Assembly (NCBI GenBank): GCA_040768745.1
Contig: JAXGMI010000002.1
Location: 352,001 to 416,000, forward strand
DNA length: 64,000 nucleotides
Reading direction: 5' to 3'
From: Desulfomicrobium sp.
Lineage (GTDB): Bacteria > Desulfobacterota > Desulfovibrionia > Desulfovibrionales > Desulfomicrobiaceae
Shown: positions 1-11,478 of the stretch, in pieces
Numbering within the stretch: the stretch's first letter is position 1
Layout of the letters: each line of letters begins with the position of its first letter
The notes under the pieces: generated by a model
What the model saw: the letters and a program-made list of their open reading frames with translations, nothing else
The model's database searches: none
Told to the model about the DNA's origin: nothing
Program-made: the position numbers and the translations under genes

Positions 1-352
1 CCAGTTTGGGGAGTCATCGGACGCCAGGATCCGGGCAATCCGTCTGCGGCGATCTTGGATATGCTGTGCATGGCCTTGAACCCATTCCTCAACTGACCTT
101 CAACATGAAAGCCTGACAACGTGGCCCGCGTCTGCATGGGTGTGCACATGCTGCCAAGGACCATGAGGAGACTGGACTCCGTCATCGCACCAGCCCATAT
201 TATCCATCCTGTTCACAGGCTTTCTTGACCATGCCCGGGCACACGTTTACGGGATTGCAGCTTTGGAGTCTGTCCAGATGCGGCAGACCGAACGCAGTAG
301 TGCATGGCCGGCCCGAGATCTTCCAACACACCACATTCCACGGAGACATTTC

Positions 353-1654
353 ATGAGCAGGAAAATCATTCAGGTCGAGGAGAAGGTTCCCTTTCTCCAG
401 GGCATTCCCCTCAGTTTCCAGCATCTTTTCGCCATGTTCGGGGCTTCCATCCTGGTCCCGACACTGTTCAAAATCGACCCGGCCATCGTGCTGCTCATGA
501 ACGGCATCGGCACCCTCATTTACCTCCTGCTCTGCAAAGGGAAGGCCCCCGCGTTCCTGGGATCGAGCTTCGCCTTTCTTTCCCCTGTCTTTGTGGTTCT
601 CGGATCTGAACAGGCCATGTGGGGGGCGAACTATTCCTATGCCCTGGGAGGGTTCATCGCTTCTGGCCTCATTTTCTGTACCGTGGCGCTCATCATCGGC
701 AAGTTCGGATCGGACTGGATCCAGATCGTTCTACCCCCAGCCACCATGGGTCCCATCGTAGCCCTCATCGGCCTGGAACTGGCCGGCGTGGCCACAGGCA
801 TGGCTGGAATCATGCCTGACAAGAGCGGGGCCTACGACTTCAACGCCATCGTCGTGTCCATGGCCACGCTGCTGGTGGTTGCCTTCGGATCCGTCGTCTT
901 CAGGGGCTTCATGGCCGTCATCCCGGTCCTGATCGCCATCATCGTCGGATACGGGCTGTCCATTGCCATGGGCATGGTCAATTTTGACCCCATTTCCAGC
1001 GCGGCTGTCGTGACCATGCCGACCTTCTATGCACCAAAATTCGACATCAACGCCGTGCTGGTCATCATTCCGGCTTCCCTGGTGGTCATTTCCGAACACA
1101 TCGGGCATCTTGTGGTCACCGGCAATATTGTCGGAAGGGAACTGACCAGGGATCCTGGCCTGCACCGCTCCCTCCTGGGCGATGGCATCTCCACCACCCT
1201 GTCTGGATTCTGTGGCTCCGTGCCCGTGACGACCTACGGTGAAAACATCGGCGTCATGGCCATCACCCGCGTTTATTCCGTGTGGGTCATTGGCGGGGCC
1301 GCCGTCATTTCCATCTGCCTGGCATTCATCGGCAAGCTCTCTGCCTTCATCCAGTCCATCCCCACCCCGGTCATGGGTGGGATCTGCATTCTGCTCTTCG
1401 GGGTCATCGCCGCCTCGGGCATTCGCATGCTGGTGGAATCCAGGGTCGATTACTCCAAACCCGCCAATCTGATTCTGACCGCAGTGGTCCTCATTGTCGG
1501 GTTGAGCGGCACGGCCGTGAACATTGGCACGGTCCAGTTGAAGGGCATGGCCTTGGGCACCGTGGTCGGCATGGCGCTGTCTTTCATCTTCCATGTGCTT
1601 GACATCGCCGGTCTGACCAACCAGCCCGGTGAGGGAGAAACGGTCAAGTCCTGA
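353..1654 (+). CDS. uraA: Uracil/xanthine permease (NCS2 family)
   Basis: QHLFAMFGASILVP and TTYGENIGVMAITRV NCS2 signatures; many TM segments; GGAG upstream of ATG 353. Confidence 0.9.
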   Translation: MSRKIIQVEEKVPFLQGIPLSFQHLFAMFGASILVPTLFKIDPAIVLLMNGIGTLIYLLLCKGKAPAFLGSSFAFLSPVFVVLGSEQAMWGANYSYALGGFIASGLIFCTVALIIGKFGSDWIQIVLPPATMGPIVALIGLELAGVATGMAGIMPDKSGAYDFNAIVVSMATLLVVAFGSVVFRGFMAVIPVLIAIIVGYGLSIAMGMVNFDPISSAAVVTMPTFYAPKFDINAVLVIIPASLVVISEHIGHLVVTGNIVGRELTRDPGLHRSLLGDGISTTLSGFCGSVPVTTYGENIGVMAITRVYSVWVIGGAAVISICLAFIGKLSAFIQSIPTPVMGGICILLFGVIAASGIRMLVESRVDYSKPANLILTAVVLIVGLSGTAVNIGTVQLKGMALGTVVGMALSFIFHVLDIAGLTNQPGEGETVKS

Positions 1655-1876
1655 CAGCAGGAATGATGGATGGTTTTGTGCTGGCCAGGCTTTCAATTCC
1701 GGTGATCTGCCGGGTTTGGTCACATAAGTTCGGGGCCGAGGCATGGGCGGACGTTCTTTGCATTCCTCAGGTGCGGGGAGTGCTGCAGGAAAGCGACCAT
1801 GCCCCGGCAAAAAGCCGCAAAAAAAAGGCCTGCGGATATACATCCGCAGGCCCGGCAAGGAGGGACTCAACGTTCG

Positions 1877-2353
1877 TTATTTCCGGAGCATGCTCGCCAA
1901 AAGGCGCAGGTGGGAACGCTCCTCGTCGATGCAGGCTTTGATGTATTTCTTTTCCCCTGCAGGCACGAACTCATGCATTTCTACAAAGAAGAGGATGGTG
2001 TCCTTCTCGAAGCCCATGGCCGTCGCGATGGCCTCTTCAGGAGTGCCCATGAACTGCTTGAGGTGCTCCACATCCCCCAGGCGGAAAAGGGTATGGGAGT
2101 CGAGCAGGAACTTGAGATAGTCCACATACTCGTCCTCTTCGGCCCAGGCCGGAAGTTCCACCTCTCCCAACCGCTCGTAGAGCTTGCGGAAGATCTCGCG
2201 GTGTTTGGTCTCTTCACCTGCCAGGAAGCTGAACATGTCTCTGAGCTGCTTGTCCGCGGTGGTGTCCACCAAACGGTGGTAAAACACCTCGCCGCGGGTT
2301 TCTATTTCCTGAGCGGCCAGGAGGATGTCCGTCGCCTTGAATATGCCTGCCAT
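1877..2353 (-). CDS. Rubrerythrin/ferritin-like di-iron protein, last gene of hdr-flx operon
   Basis: Paired ExxH motifs (EETKH, EERSH); GGAGG RBS before ATG 2353. Confidence 0.85.
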   Translation of the reverse strand: MAGIFKATDILLAAQEIETRGEVFYHRLVDTTADKQLRDMFSFLAGEETKHREIFRKLYERLGEVELPAWAEEDEYVDYLKFLLDSHTLFRLGDVEHLKQFMGTPEEAIATAMGFEKDTILFFVEMHEFVPAGEKKYIKACIDEERSHLRLLASMLRK

Positions 2354-2361
2354 AAAACCTC

Positions 2362-3192
2362 CTATAGTTCCGAGGGCAGCTCTTTGAGCTGTGCGTAGGT
2401 GAAGACAGGGCCGTCGATGCACACGTATTTCGTGCCGATGTTGCACCTGCCGCAGATGCCCACCCCGCACTTCATGCGCTTTTCCAGGGTAGTGATGATG
2501 TTTTCATCCGCAAAGCCCAACTTCTTCAGGGCCTGCAGTGTGAATTTGATCATGATGGGCGGACCGCAGGTGATGGCCACGGTGTTCGCAGGACTGGGGT
2601 TGATCTCGAGCAAAACATTGGGAATGAGGCCGACCTTGTGTTCCCAGCCCTCGGCAGGGTTGTCGATGGTGAGGACCACGTTGACGTCCTTGCGACTGGT
2701 CCATTCGGGCAGTTCGGCCTTGTAGGTCAGGTCTGCGGGGCTGCGCGCGCCATACAGCAGCGTGATATCCCCGAAATCCTTGCGGTTGTCCAGCATGTAC
2801 ACGAACAAGGTCCTCAGGGGCGCCATGCCGATGCCGCCGCCCACAAAAACAATGTTCTTGCCCTTCAGGTCTTCGAGAGGGAAGGAATTGCCCAGAGGGG
2901 CGCGCACGCCGATCTGGTCCCCCGGCTGGAGCTGGTGCAGTCGCGTCGTCACCTCGCCCACGCGCATGACGCTGAACTGCAGATAGTCCTTGCGGGTCGG
3001 CGAAGAATTGATGACAAAGGTCGACTCGCCCACGCCGAAGACCGAGAGCTGCCCGACCTGTCCTGGACGGAAGGTGAAGTCCTTCATGCGCTGCTCGTTG
3101 TTGAGCACCACCCGGAAGGTTTTGATATTGTGCGTCTCCTGGATCACCTCGACAATGGTGGCCATGTCCGGGAGATAGGGATTGGCGTTCAT
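2362..3192 (-). CDS. flxA: FlxA: FAD/NAD(P)-binding [2Fe-2S] oxidoreductase
   Basis: GGGIGMAP, CGPPIM, CGVGICGRC..C motifs; position in hdr-flx operon. Confidence 0.88.
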   Translation of the reverse strand: MNANPYLPDMATIVEVIQETHNIKTFRVVLNNEQRMKDFTFRPGQVGQLSVFGVGESTFVINSSPTRKDYLQFSVMRVGEVTTRLHQLQPGDQIGVRAPLGNSFPLEDLKGKNIVFVGGGIGMAPLRTLFVYMLDNRKDFGDITLLYGARSPADLTYKAELPEWTSRKDVNVVLTIDNPAEGWEHKVGLIPNVLLEINPSPANTVAITCGPPIMIKFTLQALKKLGFADENIITTLEKRMKCGVGICGRCNIGTKYVCIDGPVFTYAQLKELPSEL

Positions 3193-4217
3193 TCGGAGTA
3201 CTCCTGTGCTGCGTTCACGATCTGCCGGATATCCACTCCGGCGGGGCACTGCTTGATGCACCGTCCACATCCGCAGCAGGCGATGACGCCCTTGTGCAGA
3301 TCCGGGTAGTAGCTGAATTTGTGTCCAACCCGGTTTTTCAGCCGATGGGCTTTGGTGGAACGGGGGTTGTGGCCGCTGCCTTCCAGGGTGAATGTGTGGG
3401 ACATGCAGTTGTCCCAGGTCCGGATGCGCCGGCTGTTCAGCCCCAGGTCGTCGTCAGTGATGTTGAAGCAATAGCAGGTCGGACACATATAGGTGCAGGC
3501 CCCGCAGGAGATGCACTTGGCTGACTGCGCCTGCCAGAAGTCCATGTCGTCGAACCTGGCCAGCAGCTTGGCCGGCGCCGAGGTGTAGTCATGGGCCTCG
3601 CCCATCAGTTCCCTGGCTTCTGCGTTTTTGGCGTCAGCCTCTTTGCCTTTGTCCCCCGCGTCCTCGAACAGGGCCAGTTTCATGATCTCATCGCCGGCCG
3701 GCGTCACCGAGCGGGCCACATATCCATCCCCCACCAGGGTCAGGAGAATATCCGAACCGGCAGTGTCGGCCGGGCCGCTGCCCACGCTGTGGCAGAAGCA
3801 GGTCGTCTCGGGCCGGTCACAGGCCAGGGAGATGAAGACCGTGTTGTCCCGGCGGGAAATGAAGTACGGATCCTTGATCTTGTCCGTTTCGTACACCGGA
3901 TTGAAGATCAGTTTTCCCCTCGCCCCGCAGGGACGGCAGCCGATGACGACGCTCTTGCCCTGGGGCAGGGTTTCGACGAGTTCGGGTTTCTTTTCCGTGG
4001 CGTCGCGCTTGACCACCAGCAGGGTTTCGGTCTGGGGGAATGTCGCGGCCTTGGGGGACACGGCGGCCATGCGCGAATGCAAGTCCATGGTCATACCCGG
4101 CTGAAAACGACGAAAGGTCACGCTGCCACAGCTGGACACGGGTGCCAGCACGCGACAGGTTTTAGCCAGGTCTTCGGCCAGACGGGTCAGGTTTTGTTTC
4201 GTGATATAGCGTTCCAT
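3189..4217 (-). CDS. flxB: FlxB: 4Fe-4S dicluster protein (AsrA-like)
   Basis: CISCGACTYMCPTCYC and CCGCGRCIKQCP motifs. Confidence 0.85.
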   Translation of the reverse strand: MERYITKQNLTRLAEDLAKTCRVLAPVSSCGSVTFRRFQPGMTMDLHSRMAAVSPKAATFPQTETLLVVKRDATEKKPELVETLPQGKSVVIGCRPCGARGKLIFNPVYETDKIKDPYFISRRDNTVFISLACDRPETTCFCHSVGSGPADTAGSDILLTLVGDGYVARSVTPAGDEIMKLALFEDAGDKGKEADAKNAEARELMGEAHDYTSAPAKLLARFDDMDFWQAQSAKCISCGACTYMCPTCYCFNITDDDLGLNSRRIRTWDNCMSHTFTLEGSGHNPRSTKAHRLKNRVGHKFSYYPDLHKGVIACCGCGRCIKQCPAGVDIRQIVNAAQEYSE

Positions 4218-5173
4218 TACCAGCCTCGCTCGTGAATGCGCTCTTCCTCGACCTTGAAGGTGAAGAGCGGCGGTGTCTGATCCAGGGCTGTTCCGGCCTG
4301 ATGCTCGAACACGTCCTTGACCTGCTTGTTCATGTAGCGACGCAGAAGCATGAGCGGGATGTCCACAGGGCAGGCCCGTTCACATTCCCCGCATTCGGTG
4401 CACCGTCCTGCCAGATGGGAGACGTGCACCATCTGGAACATCATGTTCTCCGCCGGGGAATTATCCTGGCTGAGCCACAACGGATCTCGGCTGGTGGCGA
4501 TACAGTAGTCGCGGCAGACGCACATGGGGCAGGCGTTGCGGCAGGCATAGCAGCGGATGCAGCGGCTCATGGTCTCCTGCCAGAAGGCCAGCTTCTCGGC
4601 ATCGGACTTGGCCTCGAACTCCTCCTGGCAGGCCAGGCTGTTCGCACCAGCGGGATTCTGCTTGGTGCCGATCAGAACGTCGGCGATGATGGCATTGGGA
4701 TGCTGACACACGCGGCACTTGTCTGCCAGAACATCGCTCTTTTTCAGGGTTACGGTCTGGCCGGCCACAGTGATTTTGAGCTCATCGGTGCCGATGGTCA
4801 CAGATTCGACAAAGCCGGGATCAGCGGGCAGCGCCGCCCGGATCTTAGGCTGGCTGACCACGCCGTCGCAACACAGTCCGAAAACAACGATATCGTCGCG
4901 ATTGACCAGGTTTTCGTTCACGAGTTCGATCACGCTGCGGCTGTCGCAGCCCTTGACTACCACGCCTATTTTTTTGCCCTTGTAGGCGGTCAGGTAGGTT
5001 GCCAGGTTGTGCACAGCCAGAGGGCCTATGACCAGCCGGTCAAGATCGGCCTCGGTGCGGATGAAGAGCGGCGTGGCATGCAACGCATCGTAGCCCTGCT
5101 CCCAGCCAATGACACACTCCAGCTCGCCCAGGCGATCTTTGATGGCTGATTTGAGATCATCCAATTGGGACAT
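4217..5173 (-). CDS. flxC: FlxC: 4Fe-4S dicluster protein (FrhB/FdhB C-terminal-like)
   Basis: KGCDSRS, CIRCYACRNACP and CTECGECERACP motifs. Confidence 0.85.
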   Translation of the reverse strand: MSQLDDLKSAIKDRLGELECVIGWEQGYDALHATPLFIRTEADLDRLVIGPLAVHNLATYLTAYKGKKIGVVVKGCDSRSVIELVNENLVNRDDIVVFGLCCDGVVSQPKIRAALPADPGFVESVTIGTDELKITVAGQTVTLKKSDVLADKCRVCQHPNAIIADVLIGTKQNPAGANSLACQEEFEAKSDAEKLAFWQETMSRCIRCYACRNACPMCVCRDYCIATSRDPLWLSQDNSPAENMMFQMVHVSHLAGRCTECGECERACPVDIPLMLLRRYMNKQVKDVFEHQAGTALDQTPPLFTFKVEEERIHERGW

Positions 5174-5188
5174 ATGTACTCCTTTGAT

Positions 5189-5680
5189 CTATCCGTGACA
5201 GGGGCATCCCTGCCCCTGGGCCGCCTGCAGGGCCAGGGCGTTCCAGTCCACCTCGGACATCGGATTGAAGCTCGGTGCGGGTCCGAGCTCATGGATGCGG
5301 TGGGTGAATTCCGTGACCACATGCTGCCAGCGCTGTCCTTCCGAGGCAGAAACCCAGGTGTATTCGAAACGCCGGGCATCGATCCCCGTGACGGGCAGAA
5401 AACGCTTCAGAAGCTCCAGCCGGCGCCGGGCATAGAAATTGCCCTCGGCGTAATGGCAGTCGCGGGGATGGCAACCCGAGACCAGCACCCCATCGGCACC
5501 GTTCAACAGGGAGCGGACGATGAAAAGTGGGTCGATGCGGCCCGAACAGGGCACGCGGATGATGCGCAGGTCCGTGGGCTGGGTGAACCGCCCCACTCCC
5601 GCCGTGTCCGCGCCGCCATAGGAGCACCAGTTACAGAGAAAGCCAACTATTCGAAGTTCGCGAATATCTTGGGCGGGCAT
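5189..5680 (-). CDS. flxD: FlxD/MvhD-like [2Fe-2S] protein
   Basis: FLCNWCSYGGAD, RVPCSGRID, GCHPRDCHY, WVSASEG motifs of the MvhD family. Confidence 0.9.
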   Translation of the reverse strand: MPAQDIRELRIVGFLCNWCSYGGADTAGVGRFTQPTDLRIIRVPCSGRIDPLFIVRSLLNGADGVLVSGCHPRDCHYAEGNFYARRRLELLKRFLPVTGIDARRFEYTWVSASEGQRWQHVVTEFTHRIHELGPAPSFNPMSEVDWNALALQAAQGQGCPCHG

Positions 5681-7629
5681 AAGGCGTTCACCTCCGCGAG
5701 GATCTGGTTATCTGTGAAATGTTCAAGCTGGATGGCCCCCTGCGGACAGGTCACGGTGCAGATGCCGCAGCCCTGGCAGACCGTGTCGATGACCTCGGCC
5801 TTGGGATTGCCAAAGCGGTCGGCCACAGCCTTGATGGCCCCAAAGGGGCAGGTCAGGATGCACTTGCCGCAACCCACGCAGCGGGCCGGGTTGACGCGGG
5901 ACACGGCCGGGTCGGACTCGAGCTCCTTCTTGGACAGAAGGCCCAGGACCTTGGATGCCGCGGCGCTGCCCTGACCCACAGAAGCCGGAATGTCCTTGGG
6001 ACCCTGGCAGGCTCCGGCCAGGAACACGCCGGCGGTGTTGGTTTCCACGGGCTTGAGCTTCGGATGGCTTTCCACGAAAAAACCATACTGGTCCGGGGCC
6101 ACACGCAGTTTCTCGCCCAACTGGACCGCGCCCTTGGCCGATTCGGCGCCCACAGCCAGGACCACCAGGTCGGCTGGCACCTCCACCTGGGTTCCGGCCA
6201 GGGTATCGGCCCCGCGCACGATGAGCTTGTCGCCCTTGGGGTAGATCATGGAAACGCGTCCGCGCACGTACTGTGCGCCATACTCTTCCATGGCTCGGCG
6301 GGTGAACTCGTCGTAGCCTTTTCCGGGGGAGCGGATGTCCATGTAAAAGACGTAAGACTGGGAATCCGGCACGTGATCCTTGGTCAGGATGGCCTGTTTG
6401 GCGGTGTACATGCAGCAGAAGCCCGAACAGTACGGCCGGCCCACGGACTTGTCGCGCGAGCCCACGCACTGGACAAAAACCACGGTTTTGGGTTCCTTCC
6501 CGTCAGATGGCCGTTTGATGTGCCCGCCTGTGGGGCCCGAGGCAGAGAGCAGGCGCTCGTATTGCAGGCTGGTGATGACATCCTTGTAGCGTCCCTCGCC
6601 GTACTGCGGATATTTGTGCCAATCGAAGAGGTCGTAGCCGGTGGCCACGACCACGGCACCGACGTCCACAGTGACAAGTTCGTCCTTCATCTCGAAGTCG
6701 ATGCACTTGACCGGGCAGACCTTGGCGCAGGCCCCGCATTTTCCCTTCTGCAACATGATGCAGGAGGCCGCGTTGATGGCCGCCTTCTTGGGGATGGCCT
6801 GCGGGAAGGGGATGTTGATGGACGGCGCGTTGCAGAGATTCTCGTTGAAGGGGTCCGGGTGCTTGCGGCTGGGGCACTTCTCGACGCACAGACCGCAGCC
6901 CGTGCACTTGCTCCAGTCCACGTAGGTCGCCTTCTTGCGGATGGTGACCTGGAAGTTGCCCACGTAGCCGCCCACGCTCTCCACCTCGGAGCAGGTGTAG
7001 AGGGTGATCTTGGGGTGCTGGGCAATGTCGACCATCTTGGGGCCGAGCACGCAGGACGAGCAGTCCACCGTGGGAAAGGTCTTATCCAACTTGGCCATCT
7101 TGCCGCCAATGCTCTGCTCGCGCTCGACCATGACGACTTCCTGCCCGCCGTCGGCGCAGTCCAGGGCTGCCTGGATGCCGGCCACGCCGCCGCCGATGAC
7201 CAGCACACGCTTGACGGTCTCGAAGCGCTTGGCCACCAGCGGCCTGTTGCGGCGCAGCTTTTCCACGGCCATGCGCACCAACTCGGAGGCCTTGACTGTG
7301 TTCTGTTCCTTGATCTTGCCGATCCAGGACACGTGCTCGCGGATGTTGGCCATCTCGAACATGTAGCGGTTCAGACCGGCCCTCTCCACGGCCCGACGGA
7401 AAGTGGGCTCGTGCATGCGCGGTGTGCAGGAGGCCACCACCACTCCATCGAGATTCTTGTCCTTGACCGCCTGAATGATGGCGTCCTGACCAGGTTCGGA
7501 GCAGGCGTACATCGTGTCCGTGGAGAAAACCACATCGGGGTACGTCAGGGCTGTGGCCGCGACACTTGGACAATCCACGGTTCCGGCTATGTTGCTGCCG
7601 CAGTGGCAGATGAAAACACCAATTCGCAT
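5647..7629 (-). CDS. hdrA: Heterodisulfide reductase subunit A
   Basis: RIGVFICHCGSNI, GGGVAGI FAD motif, QCVGSRD..YCSGFCC, C-terminal ferredoxin motifs. Confidence 0.95.
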   Translation of the reverse strand: MRIGVFICHCGSNIAGTVDCPSVAATALTYPDVVFSTDTMYACSEPGQDAIIQAVKDKNLDGVVVASCTPRMHEPTFRRAVERAGLNRYMFEMANIREHVSWIGKIKEQNTVKASELVRMAVEKLRRNRPLVAKRFETVKRVLVIGGGVAGIQAALDCADGGQEVVMVEREQSIGGKMAKLDKTFPTVDCSSCVLGPKMVDIAQHPKITLYTCSEVESVGGYVGNFQVTIRKKATYVDWSKCTGCGLCVEKCPSRKHPDPFNENLCNAPSINIPFPQAIPKKAAINAASCIMLQKGKCGACAKVCPVKCIDFEMKDELVTVDVGAVVVATGYDLFDWHKYPQYGEGRYKDVITSLQYERLLSASGPTGGHIKRPSDGKEPKTVVFVQCVGSRDKSVGRPYCSGFCCMYTAKQAILTKDHVPDSQSYVFYMDIRSPGKGYDEFTRRAMEEYGAQYVRGRVSMIYPKGDKLIVRGADTLAGTQVEVPADLVVLAVGAESAKGAVQLGEKLRVAPDQYGFFVESHPKLKPVETNTAGVFLAGACQGPKDIPASVGQGSAAASKVLGLLSKKELESDPAVSRVNPARCVGCGKCILTCPFGAIKAVADRFGNPKAEVIDTVCQGCGICTVTCPQGAIQLEHFTDNQILAEVNALCPPKIFANFE

Positions 7630-7639
7630 CGCGTCCTCC

Positions 7640-8524
7640 CTACCTGGCCTGCGCCGGTTGTTTGATTCTGCCCAGAGCCAGACGCGGATCCACGCAGAGC
7701 TTCTCGAATCCGAGTTCAGCGCGGTCCAGCCCCAGAGCATAGCCCAGAAGTTGGGTGTAATAGAAAACCGGGATCCTGAAATTTTCGTGCAGGGTGTCGT
7801 TGATCTGACCCTGACGCAGATCCAGATTCATCTGACAAAGGGGGCAGGCCGTGACGAAAGCGTCGGCGCCGAGCATGCGTCCGGCGTCCAGGAGCTTGCC
7901 CGAAAGCCGGGCCACGATGTCCCCCCGTGGAATGCCATAGGACGCGCCGCAGCATTCCACCTTGAGTGGAAAGGGAACGACTTCCGCACCCAGGGCAGCC
8001 ATCAGATTGTCCATGGCCATGGGGTTTTCGTGGTGGTCGAAACGCATCAATTCGGGCGGGCGGTTCATGATGCAGCCGTAGTAGCAGGCGATCTTGATGC
8101 CGGTCAGGGGTTTTACGACCTTGGATTGAATGAACTCGGGATCGATGTTTTCGGACAAGACCTGCAGCACGGACTGGGCGTCCACCCTTGCTTTGCACGG
8201 GGTGTCCAGCAGTGCATTGGCTTTGGTCCTGAAGGCAGGATCTTCCATCTTGTGCGCAGCGGTGCGCAGATTGGTCAGGCAGCTTGGACATGGCGTTGTC
8301 ACCTTGTCCATGCCCATCCCTTCCACCTGGGCCAGGTTGCGGGCCGACAAGGCGGCTGAAAGCACATGGTTGACCGTGTGCGCGGGGGTGGAACCACAGC
8401 AGCTCCAGTCTTCCACGTCCACCAATTCCAGGCCCAAGGTCCTGCAGACCGCGCGGGTGGAGCGATCGTATTCCGACGAAGTGCCCTGGCCGGAACAGCC
8501 CGGATAATAGGCGATCTTAAGCAT
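7640..8524 (-). CDS. hdrB: Heterodisulfide reductase subunit B
   Basis: Two CCG domains (YYPGC..SCCG..CPSC; YYGC..CCG..CPLC). Confidence 0.93.
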   Translation of the reverse strand: MLKIAYYPGCSGQGTSSEYDRSTRAVCRTLGLELVDVEDWSCCGSTPAHTVNHVLSAALSARNLAQVEGMGMDKVTTPCPSCLTNLRTAAHKMEDPAFRTKANALLDTPCKARVDAQSVLQVLSENIDPEFIQSKVVKPLTGIKIACYYGCIMNRPPELMRFDHHENPMAMDNLMAALGAEVVPFPLKVECCGASYGIPRGDIVARLSGKLLDAGRMLGADAFVTACPLCQMNLDLRQGQINDTLHENFRIPVFYYTQLLGYALGLDRAELGFEKLCVDPRLALGRIKQPAQAR

Positions 8525-9083
8525 TCGTGCCTCCTTGGCGGAACCGCTCGAAAATGCGGGCGACCTGTTCGCGGCCCTTGATGGGATGCGGCTTGAACGG
8601 GAGCTTCCCCCGCCTGAGGGCCTGCGGCGCCAGATCCACGTCGGTGAGTACCCGGCCCGAGCGGGCCATGTATTCGACCATCAGCCCCAATTCGTAGGCC
8701 CGTCCATGGCGTTCCACGGAATTCAGGAACGAATCGGCAAAAACCTTGACCGCCCTTTCCGTGGCGTACCCTGCTTCACGGGCCATGTGCCGGCAGACGT
8801 CCATGACCAGGGCCACGTCAATCTTGTTCGGACAGCGCGTGGTACAGGACTGACAGGAACCACATAGCCACAGGGATCGGCTTTTCAGCACTGCCTCCTT
8901 CTGCCCGGTCTGAATCAGACGCATGATCTGACTGACAGAATAGTCGTAGGCGAAGGTGTACGGACACCCCGCCGTGCAGTTGCCACATTGGTAGCAGGTC
9001 TTGATATTCTGGTGGCTGCGGGCTTCGACCTCGGCGACGAACTCGAGGTCAGCACTGGCAAGATCAAAGATTTGCATAGGCAT
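8517..9083 (-). CDS. hdrC: Heterodisulfide reductase subunit C (start 9083 or 9077)
   Basis: CYQCGNCTAGCP and CGSCQSCTTRCP. Confidence 0.9.
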   Translation of the reverse strand: MPMQIFDLASADLEFVAEVEARSHQNIKTCYQCGNCTAGCPYTFAYDYSVSQIMRLIQTGQKEAVLKSRSLWLCGSCQSCTTRCPNKIDVALVMDVCRHMAREAGYATERAVKVFADSFLNSVERHGRAYELGLMVEYMARSGRVLTDVDLAPQALRRGKLPFKPHPIKGREQVARIFERFRQGGTNA

Positions 9084-9287
9084 ACCCAACTTGCGGTAAG
9101 GAACGGCGAACCGTCCGGTTGACAGAGATTCAATCCAGGGAAACCAACGAGAATTGCTCCATTTTGACACATCACCCCACTGCCAGGATGACCTGAAATG
9201 ACACAGAATGGTCCAAATAAACGGACAGTTCCGGGACTTGGGGAAGCGTGAAGCAGCATTAGTGCCATATTCCCCGATAAAGGGACT

Positions 9288-9504
9288 TGTCTAGCCTTGA
9301 TGGCCTAGGAGGCCATGGGCGGCACAAGGATCGATTCCTGACCATGCAGCTTTCTGTAGGCTATCTTCACCGATATGATAATATTTGTCTAGTCTTATAT
9401 GAATGGAATTTTTTTGTAATATGGGGCGGAAAATGTGAAAATCCGGAGAAGACTTCTTGAGATTAAATCGTCCCATTTTTAAATATGTCTAGTCTTATAG
9501 GAAT
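9288..9504. promoter_or_regulatory. Repeated TGTCTAGTCTTATA boxes upstream of hdrC
   Basis: Exact 14-mer at 9386-9399 and 9486-9499; partial copy TGTCTAGCCTT at 9288; AT-rich intergenic region. Confidence 0.5.
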
Positions 9505-9595
9505 AAAAAAATCGCTCAAGAGGAAAAATCCCTGGCCGCCCATTCTTTCGAAAAGTGATCAGCGCTGTGCGGCCAGGGATTCGGCTGCCCGGGAA

Positions 9596-11008
<1,413 letters not shown>

Positions 11009-11053
11009 GGATTAATCCTCCACTGATATATTGCGGTAATCCCGTGCCTGCTC

Positions 11054-11440
11054 CTAGGCCTCGACCTGGGCCTTGTACTGGGCAGCGGTAATGGTGGCCT
11101 CGTTGGGATCGTCGGCCTTGATACGGATGAGCCAGCCCTGTCCATAGGGATCGGAGTTGACCAGTTCGGGTGTGTCGTTCAAGGCAGCATTCACCTCAAC
11201 CACCGCACCGGAAAGGGGGACGATGGCCGGGGACACGACCTTGGCCGACTCGATCTCGGCGCAGGAAATGCCCTGTTTGAAGTGTGCTCCGGCCTCAGGC
11301 AGGTCAATGAAAATGACCTCTCCCAACTGGTCCTGGGCAAAATCCGTGATGCCGATGACCCAGGATCCGTCAGCGGCCTGCTTGGCCCAGAGGTGTTCGG
11401 CATGGTAACGGCGATCGTCGGGGTATTTCAGTTCAGACAT
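11054..11440 (-). CDS. gcvH: Lipoyl-carrier protein, GcvH family
   Basis: GITDFAQDQLG, lipoylation motif IESAK, NSDPYGQGWL. Confidence 0.92.
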   Translation of the reverse strand: MSELKYPDDRRYHAEHLWAKQAADGSWVIGITDFAQDQLGEVIFIDLPEAGAHFKQGISCAEIESAKVVSPAIVPLSGAVVEVNAALNDTPELVNSDPYGQGWLIRIKADDPNEATITAAQYKAQVEA

Positions 11441-11478
11441 ACAAGCCTCCTTGTGCGTATGCGCGGATTCAAACGGTG

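Noticed and set aside
1..96. 3' end of an upstream CDS (frame 1, TGA at 94-96)
   Set aside because: Only 31 codons with no motif; cannot be supported.
97..352. PyrR attenuator upstream of uraA
   Set aside because: No PyrR-binding loop or terminator with U-tract seen.
5719..7665. Long antisense ORFs (also 9485-11026, 12585-14033, 42003-44144, 54997-56301)
   Set aside because: Shadow frames of GC-rich genes with no motifs.
1877..9083. Selenocysteine read-through in hdr/flx given selA nearby
   Set aside because: The frames are open with Cys at the motif positions; no in-frame TGA is needed.
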